Positions 27,435 to 36,642 of a DNA stretch of 64,000 nucleotides are shown here, piece by piece; position 1 is the stretch's first letter; every line of letters starts with the position of its first letter. The stretch is from positions 1-64,000 of IMG/VR virus record IMGVR_UViG_3300008050_000025; one strand, 5' to 3'. The notes beneath the pieces were generated by a model, which made no database searches, was not told where the DNA came from, and saw only the letters and a program-made list of their open reading frames with translations. This stretch comes from a virus. Made by a program: the position numbers and the translations under genes.

Positions 27435-27671
27435 TTATAGTGTTTCCAGGAAATCAGCCTCCTCGTCGTATGCTGTGACAGTTTCCTGTGGTTTCTTAGA
27501 CTTTTTGAGTCTTCGCGCCCTACCACGGATGCGAGACTCTTTCGTGTGATGGCCTACCATTTTAGAGATTACGTACAGTACGAGCAATCCCACCCACAGC
27601 GGCCAAAGGGTTACAATCAAAATTGACAGGATGGCAAAAATGCTCACTGTCAACAGACTTACATCTTTCAT
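27435..27671 (-). CDS. small membrane protein
   Basis: Hydrophobic N-half, basic tail, coupled to RecA gene. Confidence 0.65.
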   Translation of the reverse strand: MKDVSLLTVSIFAILSILIVTLWPLWVGLLVLYVISKMVGHHTKESRIRGRARRLKKSKKPQETVTAYDEEADFLETL

Positions 27672-28648
27672 TATTCCAGTTCCCCAGATTCAATCTTCTC
27701 AGCAATCATATCACTGATTACATCTTTTCGGTATTTCTTATCATCTCCAGGGAACGAGTAGTACCCATTTGACGGAGAGATAATAGTTCCGTCTTTCAAC
27801 GCAACTTCGTGAAGGCCATAATTCCTTGTCAGGCCTTTATCATATATCAACTCAAACTCACAGGACTGATACGGGATGGCGTGTTTGTTCTTTGTGTTCC
27901 TGAGCTTTCCCTGAATTCCTACAGGGTTCTTTAGCTCATCAACAAGCCTTCCTTTATTAGGCGAGGATGTTACCATGGAGATTCCACAGTAGTACTCAAG
28001 GGAACGTCCACCACCCGCCTTAGTGTTTGGGTCGCCCATTACAAACCCAACCTTACTTCTAAACTGGTTGATAATGATGAGCGTTGCTCGGTTCTTCTTC
28101 AAGAAGGAGTTAAACCTTCGAAGCGCGATACCTACTGCCTTGGCCCTAAGTGCTCCACCAATCTCAGCGTTATCCCCGTACTTACCTTCCATCTCTTTCT
28201 CAGAAGGAGGAGTTCCAATAGAATCAAATCCTAGCAGGATTGGCTTATCCTTCTCTTTCTTCCTAATGGCAAGCACGACATCTTCTAGGAACTGGAAGCA
28301 CTGCTCTACGGTCGTAGGCTCTCCATAGATTAAGTTGTCTGGGTCTACCCCTAGTACCTCTGCAAACTCCGGCGCGTATGCATGTTCGTTGTCTACCATG
28401 ACAGTAAACCAGCCATCCTTTTGTGCACCTACAAACGCATGAGTGAGGAACACCGTCTTTGCTGACGACGACTCCCCACAAATTTCGTACAAGCCACCCA
28501 AAGGATAGCCACCAGTGTACCTTCCAGACAATACTTTGTTAAGAGCATAACTGCCTGAGTCACAAAACTCTTTCTCTACAAACTCATCACGCAGCAGTAC
28601 CGCGTCGTCAAGCTCCTTGATAATGTCCTTTAGGATATTTCCCATCAC
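27671..28648 (-). CDS. uvsX: RecA/UvsX-like recombinase
   Basis: SGSYALN, GESSSAKT, DNEHA, IINQFRSKVG..GDP...GGRSLEYY. Confidence 0.92.
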   Translation of the reverse strand: MMGNILKDIIKELDDAVLLRDEFVEKEFCDSGSYALNKVLSGRYTGGYPLGGLYEICGESSSAKTVFLTHAFVGAQKDGWFTVMVDNEHAYAPEFAEVLGVDPDNLIYGEPTTVEQCFQFLEDVVLAIRKKEKDKPILLGFDSIGTPPSEKEMEGKYGDNAEIGGALRAKAVGIALRRFNSFLKKNRATLIIINQFRSKVGFVMGDPNTKAGGGRSLEYYCGISMVTSSPNKGRLVDELKNPVGIQGKLRNTKNKHAIPYQSCEFELIYDKGLTRNYGLHEVALKDGTIISPSNGYYSFPGDDKKYRKDVISDMIAEKIESGELE

Positions 28649-28663
28649 CCCTATAATAGAGGA

Positions 28664-28861
28664 TTAGTCGGTCTTTTTAGTGGCTTTCTTCGCCTTAGCC
28701 TTAGTCTTTTTAGGAGGCTTCACAGGCTCTGCAACCTTAGGCTCCTCAACTTCTTCCTCAACAGCATCCACTACCGCATCAGCAGCCAACTCAGGGTTCA
28801 TAGCCAACTCATAAGCTTCAAGGCGAAGCCGTCTGCGCTCTCTCATTGATAAACGTGCCAT
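28664..28861 (-). CDS. small Lys/Ala-rich protein
   Basis: 65 aa, fills the gap; ATATATA upstream. Confidence 0.6.
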   Translation of the reverse strand: MARLSMRERRRLRLEAYELAMNPELAADAVVDAVEEEVEEPKVAEPVKPPKKTKAKAKKATKKTD

Positions 28862-28874
28862 ACCTTATATATGC

Positions 28875-29876
28875 CTATTTGGTGTAACCCATTTCCTTCT
28901 TTATCCATTCGTAAGTAAGGCGCATACCTTGCTCCAATGAATATTTTGGTTGCCACCCTAGTTCAGAGCGAATCAAAGTATTATCAGATACTCTACCGTT
29001 TACCCCAATCGGGCCTTCGATATGTGTAAGAGTAACATCATGGTCTCCGTAGAGCACCATATTAGCTAATCCATCAATTGATATTTTTTCCTCAGAGCCG
29101 ATATTGAGCACCTCTTTACAGTCAGAGTTCATCAATTGCCTAACAGCGTCCAAACAATCCTCAATATACAAGAACGAGCGTGTCTGTTCACCTGTGCCCC
29201 AAATCTCAAAAGGCTCCCCTTCCCAACGCGCAAGCATGGCTTTCCTGCACATAGCTGCTGGAGCTTTCTCCTTACCGCCATCGTAAGTACCATGAGGGCC
29301 ATAAATGTTATGGAACCTAGCAATCCTTACATCAAGGCCATGATTCCTCTCAAACGCCTTATACATCCTTTCAGAGAACAGTTTCTCCCACCCATACTCC
29401 GAGTCTGGGTCTGCTGGGTAGGCTGTGTCTTCTTTACAGATTGGATTTTCAGGGTCTAGCTGGTTTCTCTCTGGATAAATGCAAGCGGAGGACGAGTAAA
29501 AGATTCTTGCCCCTTTCTGGTAAAGGGTAGCTGACCTCAGCACGTTTAAGTTGATGGAGGCCGAGTTACACATAACGTCGGCATCGTTTTCCCCCGTAAA
29601 AATATACCCTGCGCCTCCCATGTCGGCAGCAAGTTGGTAAATCTCATCGAAATCTCCGAAGCGACGAAACACCGCATCGACATTTAACAGATTTGACAGG
29701 TCTACCTGCCCGAAGCTAGTTGCCCGACTATCCCATTGAAACCAGTCATCCTCTTTCTTAATATCAACAGCTACAACTCTGTAGCCTTCTGAAATCAATC
29801 TCTTGACCAAGTGGCCCCCAATGAAACCTCCAGCACCTAAAACCAGTGCTTGCTTCCGTGTGTCTTCCGTAATCAT
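28875..29876 (-). CDS. GDP-mannose 3',5'-epimerase-like extended SDR
   Basis: GAGGFIG, QLAADMGGAG, SSSACIYP, YGWEK, RFHNIYGP, EKAPAA. Confidence 0.9.
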   Translation of the reverse strand: MITEDTRKQALVLGAGGFIGGHLVKRLISEGYRVVAVDIKKEDDWFQWDSRATSFGQVDLSNLLNVDAVFRRFGDFDEIYQLAADMGGAGYIFTGENDADVMCNSASINLNVLRSATLYQKGARIFYSSSACIYPERNQLDPENPICKEDTAYPADPDSEYGWEKLFSERMYKAFERNHGLDVRIARFHNIYGPHGTYDGGKEKAPAAMCRKAMLARWEGEPFEIWGTGEQTRSFLYIEDCLDAVRQLMNSDCKEVLNIGSEEKISIDGLANMVLYGDHDVTLTHIEGPIGVNGRVSDNTLIRSELGWQPKYSLEQGMRLTYEWIKKEMGYTK

Positions 29877-29947
29877 TTTACTTTTGGTGTTAGAATTAAG
29901 TATCCTTGTTTTCTGTAATCTCGTTCAAAGTCTCTTAGCGTACCCAT
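29873..29947 (-). CDS. 24-aa micro-ORF (MGTLRDFERDYRKQGYLILTPKVK)
   Basis: TAATG overlap upstream and ATGA overlap downstream; fills the gap exactly. Confidence 0.5.
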   Translation of the reverse strand: MGTLRDFERDYRKQGYLILTPKVK

Positions 29948-30588
29948 TATCGTTTCCTCGCAATAACTGTTAAAATGTTCTCTCTACTACAAAGAGGGTT
30001 AACACGTATCGCGTCCTCTGGATTTCCTGCGGAAATAACATCGTAGCCTAAAGACTCCAAATGTGATGTGAGGGACTTCTTACTGAAATGCCAAAGATGT
30101 TCCCCGTACCTCCTATGTTTCCATTCTCTAAACCATGATTCAGAAAGGTCTCCATCACAAAAATGACACCATGGTAACGATATGTAAAGATACTTACAGT
30201 CTAAATCTTTTATAAAATCAATACTCTGAAAATGCTCCAAACTATCAAAGAAGCAGACAACATCATATCTCCGTGAGTAATCCCCTTCTCCCACCCAGGA
30301 GGGAAAAGATACGCCCTCACACTCAATTCCTTCGGACCGTATACCATACTCATTAGCTAATTTTAAAAAATCACCAGAGCCAAACCCTACGTCTAAAACA
30401 GAGGAAATATTTTGAACATTCCCAAGAAGGTATCCGAGCCTAAGCCCTGCCATCTTACTCCTGATATCTAACGGGAGGCATGTGTATCGAGCGTCTATGT
30501 AATCATCCCCATACTCCATATCAATATCCATATGTCTCTGCTTAATGCTTCCACATTGAAGTTTCTCGTAGTGCTTATCAAATCTCAT
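29947..30588 (-). CDS. class I SAM-dependent methyltransferase
   Basis: VLDVGFGSG, FFDSLEH, EHLWHF. Confidence 0.88.
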   Translation of the reverse strand: MRFDKHYEKLQCGSIKQRHMDIDMEYGDDYIDARYTCLPLDIRSKMAGLRLGYLLGNVQNISSVLDVGFGSGDFLKLANEYGIRSEGIECEGVSFPSWVGEGDYSRRYDVVCFFDSLEHFQSIDFIKDLDCKYLYISLPWCHFCDGDLSESWFREWKHRRYGEHLWHFSKKSLTSHLESLGYDVISAGNPEDAIRVNPLCSRENILTVIARKR

Positions 30589-31309
30589 TCCAATACCTCA
30601 AATCCCAACCTTTAGAAACTGTATACTTTGGATGCCCTGGTCTGGGTAGCAGTATCGGCTTGCATTTCAATGCATGGAGAATGCCATCTACAAAACAGAA
30701 CACTGAACTCTCCACGCACATAATCTCTTTCGCGCCAAGAATAACAGAATACCAGTCAGTAATATTATAGTTCCCTATCTTAGAAATTTCTATAATTCTG
30801 TACTTACAGTCATCAGGGATGGGGGCTTTATTTCCGTCTGAACTTTCACGATGGACAAGTGTGTAGTCCCCCTCTATTCCAACTACCCTTTCAATAGCTT
30901 CTTCTGCACTAGGGTCTCTGTCGAACTCCAAAGCATTCTTATAAACAAACGGAACATCTGCTAAACGGTATTTCGTTTCCTCAAAAGTCTCTCCAGGAAG
31001 CTGCTTAGGATGACCATCCCTGTCGGATAGGTCTAAGGTTTCAAACTCATACTCCTTTGCAAAGTTTCTCGCCGTGTCGGATGCCCACTTTAACCAATCC
31101 CCCTCTCCAAAGTAATCTCCCATGTGGTAAATCTCTACATAGCTTCCAGCGACAGCTTCCAAGTGGGAGGCATACTTCTTACACACAGGCCAGATAACTC
31201 TGTACCCCCTGTCAACATAAGCCCTCGCAATCGGAGCGCAAATAAGGATGTCTCCAAAAGCTCCAGGTTGAATCATAACAATCGTTTTTCTACTTGAAGT
31301 AGTGTTCAA
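30578..31309 (-). CDS. GT9-like glycosyltransferase
   Basis: IQPGAFGDIL and CVESS motifs; start uncertain (TTG 31309). Confidence 0.7.
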   Translation of the reverse strand: MNTTSSRKTIVMIQPGAFGDILICAPIARAYVDRGYRVIWPVCKKYASHLEAVAGSYVEIYHMGDYFGEGDWLKWASDTARNFAKEYEFETLDLSDRDGHPKQLPGETFEETKYRLADVPFVYKNALEFDRDPSAEEAIERVVGIEGDYTLVHRESSDGNKAPIPDDCKYRIIEISKIGNYNITDWYSVILGAKEIMCVESSVFCFVDGILHALKCKPILLPRPGHPKYTVSKGWDLRYWNEI

Positions 31310-32078
31310 AGATGTAATCCTCAGGTATCTCGTAGTACGCAATCTTTTCGAAGTTCTCCTTTACAGCAGGAAGCTTAGAAAGGTAAAGTTCATAAGACAA
31401 GTCCTCTAGTGAGAAATTGTCATCCAGTACAATGATGCCATCCATGTTAAAGAAGTCACCAATGTTAGGGCATCCCAAGTAAATGGGAATCGTCCCTGTT
31501 GCAAAGCAATCACCAATCTTCTCAGTGAAGTAGTTTGGCTTTTGGCAATTCTCAATTGCTACCGAGAACATATATTCTTCAAGGGCGGTCTCCTTACATT
31601 CAATCTCATTAAAGCCCCTTCCGTATAAGTCAACTCCGTGTCGAAGCTTCTCAACCCAACCCAACCTTTCGTGATGGCCAGCGCACATCGTCTTACGGGA
31701 GGAAACCATTGAGACTAGTTTGGTCTTCATCTGGGGAACTCTTGGGCGCTTAATCCAGTGAGTGCCCACAGGGGCAAATATAAATCTCTCATCCATTGCA
31801 AGAAGTTCTGCACTGTGAGTAAAGATTACCTCAAAGTTATCTAACACTTTCGGAGCGTGTTTATACACCTGGGGAATGATAGCTTCGGATTCCAGTATCC
31901 ACCCGTAACTACACTCCTTTGTATGCATTGAGAGTTGCGGAGAGAAAATTGCATGGTCAACATGAAAGGTTCCAGATTGGGGAGTGCGGGTTCTATCCCA
32001 CTCAATATGCTGGGAAACCTTGCCATGGGTTGCGCACGCATCATTTCCGAAGGTACTTCCTACTAAGTTAAATTTCAC
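31290..32078 (-). CDS. GT10 (alpha-1,3-fucosyltransferase-like) glycosyltransferase
   Basis: YMFSVAIEN...YFTEKIGDCFATGTIPIYLG motif. Confidence 0.88.
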   Translation of the reverse strand: MKFNLVGSTFGNDACATHGKVSQHIEWDRTRTPQSGTFHVDHAIFSPQLSMHTKECSYGWILESEAIIPQVYKHAPKVLDNFEVIFTHSAELLAMDERFIFAPVGTHWIKRPRVPQMKTKLVSMVSSRKTMCAGHHERLGWVEKLRHGVDLYGRGFNEIECKETALEEYMFSVAIENCQKPNYFTEKIGDCFATGTIPIYLGCPNIGDFFNMDGIIVLDDNFSLEDLSYELYLSKLPAVKENFEKIAYYEIPEDYIFEHYFK

Positions 32079-32820
32079 TCTTCACTCTCCTACTTGCTAC
32101 GTCTAATGCACATCGAACTTGGTCACTCAGGTTGACTTTGGCATCACTGATTTGTGTGCCTAAGTTGTACATCATTGATTCCTCTTCAATATATTGAACT
32201 CTATCTTTTCCCGCCATTTCTAGGATGGGAACAAAGATTACAACATCAGCGGCAGACGAATAAAGCTTGCCGTTTGGGTCTAAGAAATCTAAAGGACTGA
32301 GCCTATCCCACATACCCCTATAGAAAGTCCTTATCTGGGAGTAACACCATCCATGCTTAATCTGCTCTCTAAACCCAATAGGGGAGCCGAGAGGTTTACA
32401 CACAGATTTGGTAACTCCATCAGAGCACTTGTAGTTTCCGTATGTTGCAAGACAACCGCTATTCTTGTACGTATCGTAAATCCTTTGAAGGCAATTATCG
32501 TCAATCAACCAATCATCGCCATCTAAGTGAACTATGATATCATGTGGCCTTGCTTCTGATTTCTCTACCGCCAAAATATGACTATGTAAGGTTCCTCTAT
32601 TACGTGGCACTCCACCAAAGATTATCCTAGGGTCTCCGATAGACTTATTTGCAAGAACACTGAGAGTGTCATCTGTTGAGCCGTCATCAATAATTACGTG
32701 CCTGTAATTCCTATACGTTTGAGACTGCACTGACTCCATACACTTCTCAATCCACTTCTCCCCGTTGTACACAGGGCTAACAACAATCAATCTTGTATCT
32801 TCTTGAAACATTTTTCCCAC
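32068..32820 (-). CDS. GT2 glycosyltransferase
   Basis: PVYN, IDDGSTD, LDGDD. Confidence 0.92.
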   Translation of the reverse strand: MGKMFQEDTRLIVVSPVYNGEKWIEKCMESVQSQTYRNYRHVIIDDGSTDDTLSVLANKSIGDPRIIFGGVPRNRGTLHSHILAVEKSEARPHDIIVHLDGDDWLIDDNCLQRIYDTYKNSGCLATYGNYKCSDGVTKSVCKPLGSPIGFREQIKHGWCYSQIRTFYRGMWDRLSPLDFLDPNGKLYSSAADVVIFVPILEMAGKDRVQYIEEESMMYNLGTQISDAKVNLSDQVRCALDVASRRVKSEI

Positions 32821-33596
32821 TCCTCTAAAATATCCCTTCCCGACATATCGTAGTTTGCGTCGCTATTTGACGATGACAACCCCTCATATGGAACGCGCAA
32901 CTTTAAACATTCCGCCTTCACCAAATTAAAGGATTCACTCTTTGAGGAGTGGTAAACTTTATCGACTGAACCATACATCTCCATCCTGTCATCACAAAAC
33001 CCCTTCAAAACTGCCTGACCGCTTTTAACATACTTTTCCACGTAACGCCTGTAATAGTCATAATTTTGAATAACGCCATATAGTAAAATAGTATGGGAAC
33101 CCTGCTCTAAAGCTCTTTCAATGGATACGTGAGTTTGCTTATTAGGCTCGATTCCACCAATAACACCCACCGCATCAGTTTTTGACATAAGGTGATAATC
33201 AGTCCAATCCAAATCAGGAACAACATTCGGAATAATCTTTCCGCACACGCCTTGCCACTCTCGCTGACTTTCGGATACGTATACGATTTCGTCCCAATAC
33301 TTTTTATGGTCTTTTACGCGCCAAGACTCTTTTTCGTGGCACACCAAAATAACCTTATCAAACCACTTTGGTCTTTCAGGCAAATCAGTGAAATGGGTCA
33401 GTAGCACCTCCCCAGGCTTTCCGCCCAACATTGAGCGATGGTGCAGTGAGCCTTTACACCGACCAAGATGCCATTCATGGGGGCCATACAAAGTACACTC
33501 ATGCCCATTCTCGTTAAGAAGGTTGCATAGGTTAATAAACGAAATAGTCGAGCCACCAGGGTTCGACCATCCAGTTACTATTTTTACTCTTGTCAT
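32787..33596 (-). CDS. GT-B (GT4-like) glycosyltransferase
   Basis: GGS, IIPN, HSSKSESFNLVKAE (EX7E). Confidence 0.75.
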   Translation of the reverse strand: MTRVKIVTGWSNPGGSTISFINLCNLLNENGHECTLYGPHEWHLGRCKGSLHHRSMLGGKPGEVLLTHFTDLPERPKWFDKVILVCHEKESWRVKDHKKYWDEIVYVSESQREWQGVCGKIIPNVVPDLDWTDYHLMSKTDAVGVIGGIEPNKQTHVSIERALEQGSHTILLYGVIQNYDYYRRYVEKYVKSGQAVLKGFCDDRMEMYGSVDKVYHSSKSESFNLVKAECLKLRVPYEGLSSSNSDANYDMSGRDILEEWEKCFKKIQD

Positions 33597-33656
33597 AGTT
33601 CTAGGAAGTTGCTTTTCAATTAAACGTTAAGTTTAGGCTCGGCGCGGAGCGGCCAA

Positions 33657-33803
33657 TTACACCTTAAGACCTCTCAGCCTCATCTTCTCCTTGTTGCGGT
33701 ACTTCGCGTCCTTGTACGCATCCCCGCCCTTCGCTTTCCAGCGGTTCCCGATTCCCCGCCTCTTCCTGTACTGTTTCAGTGTTTCGCTTTTCTTTCTCGA
33801 CAT
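33657..33803 (-). CDS. 48-aa highly basic ORF overlapping the GT4 3' end
   Basis: MSRKKSETLKQYRKRRG...RLRGLKV read manually in an alternate frame. Confidence 0.45.
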   Translation of the reverse strand: MSRKKSETLKQYRKRRGIGNRWKAKGGDAYKDAKYRNKEKMRLRGLKV

Positions 33804-34971
33804 TCTTAAGAGCCTCTAGGTATTCTTTCTTTTGTTTGATTAGTTCGTGATAGATTTTCAACCTATCTCCGATGTGAAGATTGCTATTGTATCTTTCGTC
33901 TACAACCTTCTTTAGATTCTGACCCATCTCTCTTCGATGGTCTGGGTCTTTGCACAACTTAGTCAGGCGCTGAATCCACTCCGACTTAGGGTTGTTCTTT
34001 GAGATGAGGTATCCTGTCTTTCCGTTCTCAATCACCTCACTGTACGCACCTACATCAGTGCATACTAACGGCAAGCCATACCTTCCACACTCCATGAGTT
34101 TAATCTCACTCTTGGAATCGTTGAAAGGGTTGTCTAACAGAGGAGCAATGCTAATATCCATCTGACTATAAAATACTCCGTACTTGTCAGAAGGAAGTGC
34201 GTAGCCTACGAACACGTTGCTCTTCTTTGCACCGCTCGTAAGCCATGCTTCGTAGTTCTTCCATACGTCCTGTTGCCAACCCTCTTTATCGTTGTCAGCA
34301 TTTGGTGGTGGCTTACCGTGAAGTCTCCACTCCACATTCTCAGCGCCAACTTTAGCTGCTAGAGAAAGCATAACACCATGGAAAGGTTTAACGTCCTCTT
34401 CATGGTGGATACCTCCGACCCATCCAATCCTGGTGTGTCCTTTCTTAGCCTTAACAGGGGGCATGTTCCAGCAAGGTAGGTCGAAGTCAATTGCGTTTTT
34501 GATTACAGCGAGACATCCACTCTGAACATACTGCGCTACTCTCTCCGCGAACTTCATTTGAGTAACAGATACAAGGTCGGCCATCCCATAAACAGCTTTA
34601 GTAATGTTCTCAAGGTTGTTATCCTTATACGCTTGGTAATGTCTGTGCCCTTCATAAAGCTCAGTCAGCAAGTCGTCTGTGTCGAAGTGATAAAACTTAC
34701 CAAGCTCCTTTGACACCCTTGCTAGGTTTAACGTGTACTCCCCGCCATACTTATGAATATTAGCAGTGAATACTACATCAGCCCATTTAATATTATCAAA
34801 TGTGAAAGAGTGTGGGTCTTCCGTTGACCACCCTAGCGGGTCATCATCAAACCTAATGTCAACATCGTTGGGGAACTTCTCCTCCAACTTTTGCATAGGC
34901 TGAACGACACGGTACTGCCCACACCCTCCATAGTTTGGAGGACAAACAAGAATTTTCAACTTCTTCTCCAT
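33664..34971 (-). CDS. GT4-like glycosyltransferase
   Basis: GCGQYRV, DTDD, RIGWVGG..H, IAPL..NPFNDSKSEIKLME. Confidence 0.88.
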   Translation of the reverse strand: MEKKLKILVCPPNYGGCGQYRVVQPMQKLEEKFPNDVDIRFDDDPLGWSTEDPHSFTFDNIKWADVVFTANIHKYGGEYTLNLARVSKELGKFYHFDTDDLLTELYEGHRHYQAYKDNNLENITKAVYGMADLVSVTQMKFAERVAQYVQSGCLAVIKNAIDFDLPCWNMPPVKAKKGHTRIGWVGGIHHEEDVKPFHGVMLSLAAKVGAENVEWRLHGKPPPNADNDKEGWQQDVWKNYEAWLTSGAKKSNVFVGYALPSDKYGVFYSQMDISIAPLLDNPFNDSKSEIKLMECGRYGLPLVCTDVGAYSEVIENGKTGYLISKNNPKSEWIQRLTKLCKDPDHRREMGQNLKKVVDERYNSNLHIGDRLKIYHELIKQKKEYLEALKNVEKEKRNTETVQEEAGNREPLESEGRGCVQGREVPQQGEDEAERS

Positions 34972-35009
34972 CCCCCTTATTATAGTACCTTTAGGTACTT
35001 AACTCTGAA

Positions 35010-35819
35010 TTACTCCAAGGATTTAATGAAGTCCTCTTCCGAACCAATCCCTTCACCATCAGTAGGCTCCATACCAGCAGTCTCTTGGGGCTGCATAATC
35101 AACCTGTGCTCTGCGCGAATACCCTCGGCAACAAGCTCAAGCTCTTCGTATGGTTTCTCAACAATCAATTCCGAAAGGTCGTGACGTTGTGACATAAGCT
35201 CTTCAACCTCGTCAGGAGTTCCCAACGAAGAAGACTTAGGCCTAAAGGTTGAAGTGTCATAGTTGTTATAACCATCTACTTTCTTCAAGGTAAGCTTGAA
35301 GTCCCAACCGTTCTCTGGGTCAGCAACACTTACTTCACCGTCGCCCCAATCTGGGTCGAACTGGCCGTCCATAATCTTAGCGTATACTTTATAGCCTTGC
35401 GCCATAATCTTAACATTGCCATCCCTGCGGTCAAGGACGTTGTAGTAGTACCTGCTGGTAGACTTAGACTTCTTAGTAAGTTCGTGCAAAGCCTTCTGCA
35501 AAGGAGTAGGACTCTTCACGTCGAACTTAGGCTCTGACTCATTAATGTCTTTCCAGATATCAAAGTATGCTTCACAGATAGGGCACTTGTCCCCGTTCAC
35601 CCGTGGGCAATTAACTTTGGTCTCTTTATCAATGTAGTGCATACCACTCTCAAGGTGGTAATCATTTACATCATCTGCGATAGGCAGAATTCGTAGCTCT
35701 GCGGTCTCATCGTAATCAAGGGATACGTATTTGTCGAGACCTCCACCGCCTTTACCTGCGGATTTAGCTTTCTCTTTCTCGTATTTCTCTCGTAGTGCGT
35801 TTAATTTGTTGTTAGTCAT
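35010..35819 (-). CDS. gp32-like single-stranded DNA-binding protein
   Basis: LRILP, H..C..CPICE zinc motif, DP..G.DF, YDTSTF, acidic tail. Confidence 0.85.
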   Translation of the reverse strand: MTNNKLNALREKYEKEKAKSAGKGGGGLDKYVSLDYDETAELRILPIADDVNDYHLESGMHYIDKETKVNCPRVNGDKCPICEAYFDIWKDINESEPKFDVKSPTPLQKALHELTKKSKSTSRYYYNVLDRRDGNVKIMAQGYKVYAKIMDGQFDPDWGDGEVSVADPENGWDFKLTLKKVDGYNNYDTSTFRPKSSSLGTPDEVEELMSQRHDLSELIVEKPYEELELVAEGIRAEHRLIMQPQETAGMEPTDGEGIGSEEDFIKSLE

Positions 35820-35822
35820 GTA

Positions 35823-36263
35823 TTAATGTGTGTGTAGTTTCATTTCGGAACGACGGTTGCTTGAGATTTGAACAAGCATGTCTTTCTGATGCTCCATGGA
35901 GCTAAGGATGTTTTTAGCAAGGTTGTACTTGTGAGCAAGCCTGATTTGCTGCTTGCGCTTTGCCAAGAGTTCAGGGTCAGACATAGTTGCAGTGTCTACT
36001 GCGTCTTTGGTTGCCCTAATACCTTTGGACACAAGCTCTTTTGATTTGGTATCTCTCAAAGAGAACTCATACTTATCAAGCTCTAGTTCGAACTCATCGC
36101 TAAGAAGCTTTGCGTGTGCAGTTACAGCACCCATAAAAGCAAAGTCAGCCGAATGCCGAATCAGTGCGGCATCAATGTTGTTCTCATCAATTGTAAGGTA
36201 GCGTTTCACGATAATCTCATAGGCTGTGTCAAGGCTATCGTATACTTTAGTAATGTCAGTCAT
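35823..36263 (-). CDS. UvsY-like recombination mediator
   Basis: Helical 146 aa protein between helicase and SSB; start MTDITK. Confidence 0.65.
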   Translation of the reverse strand: MTDITKVYDSLDTAYEIIVKRYLTIDENNIDAALIRHSADFAFMGAVTAHAKLLSDEFELELDKYEFSLRDTKSKELVSKGIRATKDAVDTATMSDPELLAKRKQQIRLAHKYNLAKNILSSMEHQKDMLVQISSNRRSEMKLHTH

Positions 36264-36273
36264 GTTGTAAGTG

Positions 36274-36642
36274 TTATGTACTAATGGTTGGTTGTGTTGT
36301 CTGCTTGAACAAGTCTTCAAACAGATGTGGGTTCAGATTTCTAAGAAGCCACAGACAGTTGCTTATCGCACCTGTTAAGAACTCGTTGTTCAGTTTCTCA
36401 GGAAGACAGTCATCGTCCCCAAGGTTGGCTTGGTCTAATGCTACATGGATTATCTCATGGAATAGGTTCTCTGCATAGAATGCATCATCTACTCCACTGA
36501 ACATATGAATCTCATACTTCTCAGTATCCACGTACCCCCAAGCCTCCCCGTCCATAACGGAGGCTTGGTTCTCATGCAAGATGATAGAGTAGCTTCGCCT
36601 CCCTGTCAAGAGTATTCTGTGGTCTTTAATCATTTTATTCAA
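36274..36642 (-). CDS. small HExxH metallopeptidase-like protein
   Basis: LFHEIIH motif. Confidence 0.7.
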   Translation of the reverse strand: MNKMIKDHRILLTGRRSYSIILHENQASVMDGEAWGYVDTEKYEIHMFSGVDDAFYAENLFHEIIHVALDQANLGDDDCLPEKLNNEFLTGAISNCLWLLRNLNPHLFEDLFKQTTQPTIST

